Shown piece after piece: positions 56,501 to 64,000 of a stretch of DNA of 64,000 nt. Numbering within the stretch: the stretch's first letter is position 1; each line of letters opens with the position of its first letter. The stretch comes from Methanobacteriota archaeon. GTDB taxonomy: Archaea > Halobacteriota > Bog-38 > Methanoflorentales > Methanoflorentaceae. Both the position numbers and the translations under genes were made by a program. Location of the stretch: positions 896,001-960,000 of the forward strand of contig OY970393.1 in assembly GCA_963720465.1 (NCBI GenBank). Direction: 5' to 3'. The notes under the pieces were generated by a model. The model had not been told where the DNA came from and did no database searches. It saw only the letters and a program-made list of their open reading frames with translations.

Positions 56501-57310
56501 TCAGCTCAGCAACGTGCCGCCCTTTAGCGTTTGCGCGCAATCACGGAGCCCTTTCAGCATCTTATGTTCGTCGTCCAGATTCTGCTCTACAATCTGCGCG
56601 AATCTGCTCCCTACTATGGCCGCGCTCGCTCCGTTGTCGATCACCTGCCGGACATGCGAAGGCAACGAAAGGCCGAATCCGACCGCCATTGGAACTCTCC
56701 CTCGAATGATTGACGCGGTTCGTTGTATACTCACGATGCTCTCGTCCTGCAAGAGCTTCCGCGCGCCAGTAATCCCGGCTGAAACAAGGTACAAAAAACC
56801 CGACGAGGCTGTCAAGAGCTTTTCCAATCGCGCCGCTGAGGTTGATGGGGCAGCGAGGAAGATGGTATCAATGCCGTGCCGCATCGCCGCCACCTTATAA
56901 GGCGACGCTTCTTCGATAGGAAGATCCGGAGCGATGACACCGTTCACGCCGCTTTGTTCCGCCGCGCTGCAGAACGCTTCGACGCCCATCTGGTGCACGA
57001 TGTTGTAGTACGTCATAACTACCACCGGCACCTCGTTCGCCCTCGTTATCGCGCGGGCAAGGTCAAAAACCTTGCTAGGGGTTGTTCCTGCTTCCAACGC
57101 CCGCCCAGCTGCACGTTGCAGCGTCGGACCGTCGGCGATTGGATCGGAGAACGGCATTCCGAGCTCAACGATGTCGGCCCCGCCGGCGACTAACGCATCG
57201 ACAATTTTCGGGGTGTGCTTCGGCGTAGGATCGCCTGCCATCACGTAAGCGATGAGACCACCCTCGCTCCGCTGTTTTAATTCGCGAAACGTCGCGGCGA
57301 TGGCACTCAT
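56501..57310 (-). CDS. trpA: Tryptophan synthase alpha chain
   Basis: [22 protein letters not shown] and AVGFG. Confidence 0.96.
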   Translation of the reverse strand: MSAIAATFRELKQRSEGGLIAYVMAGDPTPKHTPKIVDALVAGGADIVELGMPFSDPIADGPTLQRAAGRALEAGTTPSKVFDLARAITRANEVPVVVMTYYNIVHQMGVEAFCSAAEQSGVNGVIAPDLPIEEASPYKVAAMRHGIDTIFLAAPSTSAARLEKLLTASSGFLYLVSAGITGARKLLQDESIVSIQRTASIIRGRVPMAVGFGLSLPSHVRQVIDNGASAAIVGSRFAQIVEQNLDDEHKMLKGLRDCAQTLKGGTLLS

Positions 57311-58500
57311 AGGTCTGCCCCCACGTGGCGCGCTACCACCTCAACGTCCTTGTCGCCCCTGCCTGAAAGCGTAACAACGATAACGTCGTCCGTATCTAAC
57401 GTAGGCGCGAGCCTCACGGCATGAGCAACGGCGTGCGCCGACTCCAAAGCAGGCAGAATACCCTCCGTTCTCGACAGTTCGAGGAAGGCCTCAAGCGCCT
57501 GCGTGTCGCTGATGGCACTAAAGATGACTCGGTTCTCGTGTTTCAAAAACGCGTGCTCGGGGCCAACGCCGGGATAGTCGAGGCCGGCTGAAATGCTGTG
57601 CGTAGGCTGAACCTGCCCGTCGACGTCTTGAAGCAGGTAGGTCAACATACCGTGGAATACTCCCTCTGATCCTGCGCACAACGACGCTGCGTGCTGTGCA
57701 GTCGCTAGCCCCGCCCCTCCGGCCTCGACGCCGTGCATCGCGACGTCCTCACCGAGAAACGGATGGAACGTGCCGATCGCGTTGCTGCCGCCTCCAACGC
57801 ACGCGACGAGCGCATCCGGAAGGCGCCCGACCTGTCGCGTCATTTGCTCGCGTATTTCGCGCCCGATAACGCTTTGGAAGTCCCTAACGATCATCGGATA
57901 GGGGTGGGGCCCAACGACGGAACCGATCAGGTAGTGCGTGGTAAGCACGTTGGCGGTCCAGTCGCGCAGGGCTTCGTTAATCGCATCCTTGAGGGTCCGC
58001 GATCCGAGCTCCACCGGGCGCACCACTGCGTTGAGCAGCTCCATCCGGAACACGTTGAGCTTCTGACGCTCCATATCTTCAGTCCCCATGTAAACTTCAG
58101 ATTTGAGCCCAAGTGCCGCACACGCGATAGCTGTGGCGACCCCATGCTGCCCTGCTCCTGTTTCGGCGATGATGCGTGTTTTCCCCATGCGCTTCGCAAG
58201 CAGTGCCTGACCGAGCGTATTGTTAATCTTATGGGCGCCGCCGTGAGCAAGGTCCTCACGCTTGAGGTAAATCCTGGCACCGCCGAGTTTTGTGGAGAGG
58301 TTCTCCGCGTAGTACAAGGGAGTTGGCCTTCCCGCAAACGTCGACAGATATCCGCTGAGTTGCTTTTGAAAATCGTGATCTACGCGAAGACGCGCGTATG
58401 CCTCTGCGAGCTGTGCAAGTGCCGCTACCAACGTTTCAGGGACGAAACTGCCCCCAAAGCGCCCGTACTTGCCATTGACCGGATAATCATTATAGTCCAT
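57307..58500 (-). CDS. trpB: Tryptophan synthase beta chain
   Basis: [24 protein letters not shown] and SGRGDKD. Confidence 0.97.
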   Translation of the reverse strand: MDYNDYPVNGKYGRFGGSFVPETLVAALAQLAEAYARLRVDHDFQKQLSGYLSTFAGRPTPLYYAENLSTKLGGARIYLKREDLAHGGAHKINNTLGQALLAKRMGKTRIIAETGAGQHGVATAIACAALGLKSEVYMGTEDMERQKLNVFRMELLNAVVRPVELGSRTLKDAINEALRDWTANVLTTHYLIGSVVGPHPYPMIVRDFQSVIGREIREQMTRQVGRLPDALVACVGGGSNAIGTFHPFLGEDVAMHGVEAGGAGLATAQHAASLCAGSEGVFHGMLTYLLQDVDGQVQPTHSISAGLDYPGVGPEHAFLKHENRVIFSAISDTQALEAFLELSRTEGILPALESAHAVAHAVRLAPTLDTDDVIVVTLSGRGDKDVEVVARHVGADL

Positions 58501-59134
58501 CAGATGCCTCCTTCACCGCTTCGATAAACGCACGAATCTTCGCTGGATCTTTAACGCCTGCGCGGGCCTCAACCCCACTTGAAACGTCAACGGCATAAGG
58601 GCGCACCGTTTTGATGGCTGCCCGAACGTTGCCCGGCGTGAGGCCTCCCGCTAAGATGAGGGGGGTAGGCGCGATTAGTTCCCTGATGGCCCGGCTGACG
58701 TTCCAGTTATGAGGTTTCCCCGTGCCCCCGTGTGCGCCGGGAACGCACGAGTCGGTAAGAACAGCATGGCAGTGCACCGCGAATGGGAGGACGTCCACCT
58801 CATCATTCACCGCGATGGCCTGGATCACCCGAATGCCGCGGAGCTGCTCACCAATGGCGTCTCGAGCGAGCGTGCCTGCCACCTGCACCGCATCGGGGGC
58901 CACGCACGAGCACAGCGTCTCGAGCTGATCAACGGTGTCGAAAACCGAAACGAGCACGCTCTGGACGAAGGGCGGCGTCGCTTCGACAAAGTCCCGTGCG
59001 CGATCCAATGATATATTTCTCGGTGAGGCAGGTACGTCCACGACGAAGCCGAGCGCGTCCGCGCCCGCATCGACGGCTGCTTCGAGGTCCTCTCGGTTCG
59101 TTATGCCACAGACCTTGACGCGCACTCGCCTCAC
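58490..59134 (-). CDS. trpF: Phosphoribosylanthranilate isomerase
   Basis: VKVCGIT, GGTG, ILAGGL and VDVSSGVE. Confidence 0.96.
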   Translation of the reverse strand: MRRVRVKVCGITNREDLEAAVDAGADALGFVVDVPASPRNISLDRARDFVEATPPFVQSVLVSVFDTVDQLETLCSCVAPDAVQVAGTLARDAIGEQLRGIRVIQAIAVNDEVDVLPFAVHCHAVLTDSCVPGAHGGTGKPHNWNVSRAIRELIAPTPLILAGGLTPGNVRAAIKTVRPYAVDVSSGVEARAGVKDPAKIRAFIEAVKEASDGL

Positions 59135-59919
59135 GCCGCACTCACCATCCTGTCTACCGCTCGACGCACATCATCAGCCCGCATGAAAGCAGAACCGACC
59201 AACAACGCGTCTGCGCCGCATCGCTTGAGAAACAGGGCTTCTTCAGGGGTCTCGACGCCGCTTTCACTCACGACGACCCTCCTATCTACGGAGACTTTTT
59301 CCAAGATATCCCTCGTAGTCATAAGATCGATGGTTAGCGTCCTCAGATCCCGGTTATTAATGCCGATAAGGTCTGCGTCAGTAGATAAGGCCCGCTCAAA
59401 TTCGGAGTCGGTATGCGCCTCCAAGAGCACTTCAAGGCCGTTCGCGTGCGCGAACTCAATCAAGTCCTCAGATTCGCGTGTGGCATAACCTCGGTCAAAC
59501 AGCGCTTGTATTAGCAGGATAGCACTCGCGCCGGCGTCTCGTGCGGCTTCGATCTGGCAGGCGCTGACAATGAAGTCTTTCATAATGAGCGGGACCGAGA
59601 CGCGGCTTCGGACAGCGCCCAGCACGTGAGACGAACCCTTGAAAAAACGGGGTTCGGTCACTACAGAAATTCCGATGGCCCCTCCTGCCTGCATCTGCCG
59701 CGCAATTGCTCCCGCGTCGACGTGAACCAGTCCCATCGTCGGGGACGCCACCTTAACCTCGGCAATCAGCGGAAGACGCACACACCTGCGTATGCACTCA
59801 CTCAAACGAAGCGTGGGCGCGGCATCGGCCGGTTCATCGCGCCCCGCAAACCGGGAGTAATACCCGCTCGCGATGGTTTTGTGAGCGGTGCGACAAAGGA
59901 TGTCAAAGAAATCAGGCAT
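59131..59919 (-). CDS. trpC: Indole-3-glycerol-phosphate synthase
   Basis: IAEVKVASP, MKDFI, GINNRDL and SESG. The probable ATG at 59919 overlaps the trpD end. Confidence 0.95.
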   Translation of the reverse strand: MPDFFDILCRTAHKTIASGYYSRFAGRDEPADAAPTLRLSECIRRCVRLPLIAEVKVASPTMGLVHVDAGAIARQMQAGGAIGISVVTEPRFFKGSSHVLGAVRSRVSVPLIMKDFIVSACQIEAARDAGASAILLIQALFDRGYATRESEDLIEFAHANGLEVLLEAHTDSEFERALSTDADLIGINNRDLRTLTIDLMTTRDILEKVSVDRRVVVSESGVETPEEALFLKRCGADALLVGSAFMRADDVRRAVDRMVSAA

Positions 59920-60973
59920 GCGACCTCTCCAATTCGTCGAGCACTGAAACGTTCCCGCCAGAGAGCTGGACGAGTGCCCTGAGTTTTCCATAGGCTGCAC
60001 CGCTTGCGATCGATTCAGCAGCCAGTTCGACACAATACGCGAGATCGTCACCTAGACCACCTAGGAGGATAGCTCCAGCCGCATTGGCGAGAGTGACGCC
60101 CATTTTTGGTTCCCGGACTCGGGGATTCGTGTTGAGCAACCTGATCGTTAGGCGAGCGCTCTGTCGCGGATCAGTCACGAAAAGTTGGTTCGGCTTGACC
60201 GACTCAAGGGCAAAGTCTCTAGGACTCAGCTCGTGATGGGTAAGGCTCGTGCCCGTCACGCGTGCCACGACCGTCTTTCCAAACAGCGAGATCTCGTCAA
60301 GTCCGCCGACCCCGTGGACAACCATGGCCTCATCGCATCCGAGAGCCATCAACGTTGTGGCGAGTGGCGTCACCCACGCCCGCTCAGCGACGCCGAGGAG
60401 ACGCGCTTGGGCGTTCGCCGGATTGATGAGTGGCCCGAGAAGGTTGAAAACTGTCCGCACGCCGATCTCTTGTCGCGCCTTTAGCACGGCGGCCATTGCT
60501 GGGTGGAACCGGGGCGCGAACATGAACCCGATACCGATTGATTCAATGGCTTTTTTGACCTCTGCTGGCTCTTGAGACAGGTTCAGCCCAAGCTGTTCGA
60601 GCACGTCCGCACTGCCACTGTTGCTCGTTACGGAGCGATTTCCGTGCTTTGCAACGGTGACGCCCGCACCTGCCGCGACCAAAGCCGCAACAGTGCTAAC
60701 GTTGAAGGTTTTTAGGCCCCCTCCGCCTGTGCCGCACGTATCGACCATCCGCCCCTTGACGTTCGGACAGATGAGGTGACAGAACTCCTTCATAACCGAC
60801 GCAAAGGTAGAGAGCTCCTCTACCGTTTCTTTTTTCATCGAAAGAGCGGTGAGGAACGCGCTGATCTGTGCCTCTGTCGCCGCGCCCGACAGCATCTCGA
60901 GCATGGCGGCACGAGCTTCAAGAGGTGTCAAGTTCGCTCCGCTCACGAGCTTCGCTATGCTGTCCCTGATCAC
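59912..60973 (-). CDS. trpD: Anthranilate phosphoribosyltransferase
   Basis: DTCGTGGGG, FNVST, KHGNRSVTS.SGSAD and LDE. Confidence 0.96.
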   Translation of the reverse strand: MIRDSIAKLVSGANLTPLEARAAMLEMLSGAATEAQISAFLTALSMKKETVEELSTFASVMKEFCHLICPNVKGRMVDTCGTGGGGLKTFNVSTVAALVAAGAGVTVAKHGNRSVTSNSGSADVLEQLGLNLSQEPAEVKKAIESIGIGFMFAPRFHPAMAAVLKARQEIGVRTVFNLLGPLINPANAQARLLGVAERAWVTPLATTLMALGCDEAMVVHGVGGLDEISLFGKTVVARVTGTSLTHHELSPRDFALESVKPNQLFVTDPRQSARLTIRLLNTNPRVREPKMGVTLANAAGAILLGGLGDDLAYCVELAAESIASGAAYGKLRALVQLSGGNVSVLDELERSHA

Positions 60974-61557
60974 GTTCTGCTCCCCTTGAGAAAATTGGTG
61001 ATAACGCGCTTGCCGGCCGCGGTCAAAATGGACTCGGGGTGGAACTGTACCCCCTCTATCGGGTACGTATCGTGGCGAACCCCCATGATCTCCCCGTCGT
61101 CACACGCCTCGGCAGTTACCTCGAGGCACGGCGGGAGCGACGCGCGGTCCGCGACAAGGGAGTGGTAGCGGGTGGCGACGAAAGGATTCTCAATGCCATC
61201 GAAGAGCCCTGAGCCGCAGTGCCGGATGTAGCTTGCCTTGCCGTGCATCACGTGCCGCGCAGCTGTGATGTGACCGCCAAAGGCGGCGACGATTCCCTGA
61301 TGCCCGAGGCACACCCCGAGAGTCGACGTCGTCGGGCTCAGACTCTCGAGGATAGCAGAACACACGCCGAAGAAGCGCTCCTCTGTCGGAGTGCCCGGAC
61401 CTGGCGAAAGGATGATCCGATCCGGATCGAGTGCCGTCGCCTCTTCGAGGGTCAACTTATCGTTTCGGTAAACGAGCGGGGTTCCGCCTAATTCGCCTAC
61501 GTTTTGAACGAGGTTGTACACAAACGAGTCGTAATTATCAATCACAAGAACCTTCAT
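60970..61557 (-). CDS. trpG: Anthranilate synthase component II
   Basis: IDNYDSF, SPGPG, GVCLGHQ, RYHSL and QFHPES. Confidence 0.96.
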   Translation of the reverse strand: MKVLVIDNYDSFVYNLVQNVGELGGTPLVYRNDKLTLEEATALDPDRIILSPGPGTPTEERFFGVCSAILESLSPTTSTLGVCLGHQGIVAAFGGHITAARHVMHGKASYIRHCGSGLFDGIENPFVATRYHSLVADRASLPPCLEVTAEACDDGEIMGVRHDTYPIEGVQFHPESILTAAGKRVITNFLKGSRT

Positions 61558-62963
61558 CGCACAGTGCCTCCTATGTTCTCAAGCGTCTTCAGTAACGCCC
61601 GAGCCTTGAGTTCCGTTTCCGTCCATTCGTTCTCAGGTACGGAGTCAGCAACGATGCCCCCTCCCGTCTGCAGGTGACACGTGCCCCCTTTCGCAAACAG
61701 TGCCCGTATGGTAATCGCAAAATCCATATCGCCGTTGTACGAAAAGTACCCGACCGCACCCGCGTACGGTCCGCGCCGGACGGGCTCAAGCTCTTCGATG
61801 ATTTCCATAGCGCGAACTTTAGGCGCGCCTGACACCGTGCCCGCTGGAAACGCAGCACGCAAGACGTCAAAACAGTCAGCGCCACCGGATAATTTCCCAG
61901 CGACCAGAGAGACGATGTGTTGCACGTGGCTGTAACGCTGCACGTCCATGAACGCAGGAACGTGTACGCTACCCGCCTCGGCAACACGCCCTACGTCGTT
62001 GCGCGCCAGATCGACGAGCATAACGTGCTCCGCTAGCTCTTTTGGGTCGCTAAGAAGTTCTTCAGTCAGCTCAGCGTCTCTTATCGGGTCTCCCGTAATC
62101 GGGCGACTGCCTGCTATAGGATAGCTCTCGATCCTTTCATCGGTGAGTTTTACGAGGGTTTCAGGACTCGTCCCTATTATGGCGCGGTCCTGCATTTTAA
62201 GGTAGAACATGTACGGCGAGGGGTTCATCGCTCTCAGCGTGAGATAGACGGGTGCCAAATCGCCGGAAAATGCGAAGCTATAGCGCTTCGATAGGACCGC
62301 CTGAAAAATGTCGCCAGCGGCGATGTACGCTTTCGCCTTCTCCACCATCGACGTGTACCGCGCCTTGCCAACGTTCAGGCGCGGATGCGCAATGGCAACG
62401 TCGCCCACCGTGCAGGGCCTACGCAGCAGGGCAGAGAGCTCTTCGTAACGGTTCTCCTCGAGGTGGAAGTAGAACGCCTCACGGCGCACGTGATCGAGAA
62501 CTATCCCGTCGTCATAGATGCCCATCTCGAGGTCAGGAAAGCTAAGATCATCAACGGCCGTTTGCGGGAGGCGCTCCCAATAACGGATGGCATCGTAGGA
62601 GAGATACCCGACAGCCCCCCCGAGGAATCCGTATCGATGCTGTGCATGCCGCTTCAGCCTGATGTGACTCTGAACAGCTTCTAAGGGGTCCTGCACGTGT
62701 TCCTGACGTTGATTGACGGTGGTGACGCCATCCTTGACGCGCACGACCGTGGTCGGGTCACATCCGACGTAGGAGTATTGAGCGGTGTTTCCCAGACCGG
62801 TTCGCGATTCGAGCAGGAACGCATAATCGTGCGCTGCGCTCAATTTAAAGAAAATTGACGCGGGTGAACGATAAGGAATTCGATGAAAACACACGTCACG
62901 AACGGGCGTGCGTGCGGTCAAAGTGTCGGTGTCGCCAAAAACATTCACCCATAATCGCTCCAA
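61554..62963 (-). CDS. trpE: Anthranilate synthase component I
   Basis: LLES, NPSPYM, EHVMLVDLARND and FPAGTVSGAPKVRAM. Confidence 0.96.
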   Translation of the reverse strand: MERLWVNVFGDTDTLTARTPVRDVCFHRIPYRSPASIFFKLSAAHDYAFLLESRTGLGNTAQYSYVGCDPTTVVRVKDGVTTVNQRQEHVQDPLEAVQSHIRLKRHAQHRYGFLGGAVGYLSYDAIRYWERLPQTAVDDLSFPDLEMGIYDDGIVLDHVRREAFYFHLEENRYEELSALLRRPCTVGDVAIAHPRLNVGKARYTSMVEKAKAYIAAGDIFQAVLSKRYSFAFSGDLAPVYLTLRAMNPSPYMFYLKMQDRAIIGTSPETLVKLTDERIESYPIAGSRPITGDPIRDAELTEELLSDPKELAEHVMLVDLARNDVGRVAEAGSVHVPAFMDVQRYSHVQHIVSLVAGKLSGGADCFDVLRAAFPAGTVSGAPKVRAMEIIEELEPVRRGPYAGAVGYFSYNGDMDFAITIRALFAKGGTCHLQTGGGIVADSVPENEWTETELKARALLKTLENIGGTVR

Positions 62964-62977
62964 GTTATGTTAGAAAA

Positions 62978-63017
62978 TATACATCATTGTACTATAAAAA
63001 TCTTTTTAGTATATAAA
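62978..63017 (-). promoter_or_regulatory. trp promoter with TrpY-like TRP boxes
   Basis: TATACA-tcat-TGTACT (two TGTACA-like hexamers, 4-bp spacer) at 62978-62993, about 20-30 nt downstream of minus-strand TATA TTTATATA (63017-63010). Confidence 0.55.
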
Positions 63018-63455
63018 TAAGCTTTGCATGCCGGTCTTCTATGACCAGTTCTTAATTTTCGCTGCGTCGTTCAATCATCGTCAGAGTACCACGCCCGTGC
63101 GCTCGCCTTAGTGCGTTAATTATCGCAATCATCTCTTGTTTTTTCTATGAAGCTGTATATCGGCGACTGTCCAATCGAGCGATCACGACCAGCACAAGAT
63201 GAAAGAACAGACCTGTGCTAAAAACAAGCTTTACCGCCGAACGAATTTCGGGGCGTCGTGCCGGCACTGTGACAGCTGGCAGCAATTTTCAGCTCTCAGC
63301 CACCATCCCGGGCCTACGTGTCGTCAGCGCTCCGCCAACGCTGCCTACTGAGCGAGCTACGGAACGACTCGCGGCATTTTTGCGCCCGCGAAGCCCGCAA
63401 ACCCGGGTGAAAGCACTTATGCTTGAACGTTGAATTATGCGAGAGGTGATCAATC

Positions 63456-63761
63456 GTGCGTTACTTAGTGTATTTCGAGATTCCTGCCGACGTGGGCAAT
63501 CGCTTAGACTTCGAAGAAGGGGGGCCTGGACCACTCATTGGATATGTCATGGATAGGTTCGCGCCTGAGGCATCGTATACACAGGCCGGCCTGCGCGGTG
63601 TTTTCATAGTAGCCGATCTGGATGAGGCACAAATGACAGAGCTCATGCTCATTGTGTCGAAGAAGTTCGGCACGTACCCTGAGTTCACGCCCGTCATTCC
63701 CTTAGCAGCGACGCCTGATATTGCCGCGAAGGCAATAGAAAAGGCGAAAAAAGCACCCTAG
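63456..63761 (+). CDS. Conserved-looking small hypothetical protein (GYD/DUF3303-like alpha/beta)
   Basis: GAGGTGA RBS, MRYLVYFEIP...PEASY...RGVFIVADL...EFTPV, followed by a T-run. Confidence 0.7.
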   Translation: MRYLVYFEIPADVGNRLDFEEGGPGPLIGYVMDRFAPEASYTQAGLRGVFIVADLDEAQMTELMLIVSKKFGTYPEFTPVIPLAATPDIAAKAIEKAKKAP

Positions 63762-64000
63762 GTCGGGGATAGGTTCGCCTTTTTTTAGGTCGCGCGTAGC
63801 ATGGCTAACCTCACGCGACTTACGGCGACGACTGTATAGAATGGCGTGTTGCATAGCGAAGAGCTCGCGCGGAAGGTGCGACAAAGAGCCCGAGAAGTAC
63901 TACCAGTTATTCTGAGAATCAGCCTTTTCCTGCTCGTTTGGCGCTGCCCCGTCTAGCGGATGCCTCGGCTAACAGTTTGCTAGCTCCTGATAAACCACAC

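Noticed and set aside
59920-60051. N-terminal extension of TrpC in the ORF track
   Set aside because: Overlaps trpD; the ATG at 59919 fits translational coupling.

Overview
This is a chromosomal window from a methanogenic archaeon, most likely Halobacteriota/Methanomicrobia-like, judged from the archaeal rRNAs, fmd/fwd genes, purP paralogues and DUF2769/TRAM/DUF1724 proteins. Bases 1-21 kb are an accessory region. It holds a 5'-truncated viral terminase large subunit, a pentapeptide-repeat protein with a TIR/NDT-like C-terminus, two HEPN (RxxxxH) proteins, a MITE-like element, a PKD surface protein, many gene fragments and two copies of an unannotated acidic micro-peptide gene. Bases 21-31 kb are a Mo/W locus (mop, divergent modA/modB, fmdE, fmdB-D-C) with three ModE-like palindromes, a candidate structured ncRNA and an orphan phage head-tail-connector-like gene. 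Bases 31-35 kb carry purP, an FAD oxidoreductase and a second purP. Bases 35-40 kb are a minus-strand rRNA operon in the unusual order 16S-tRNA-Ala-23S-tRNA-Cys-5S. Bases 40-56 kb hold mixed accessory genes, including an AT-rich SGNH hydrolase plus carbamoyltransferase pair and a gene with an in-frame TAG. Bases 56.5-63 kb are a complete trpEGDCFBA operon with TrpY-like boxes. Several accessory genes carry single-base frameshifts, which may be sequencing indels or real decay. All family assignments come from motif recognition by eye; no searches were run.
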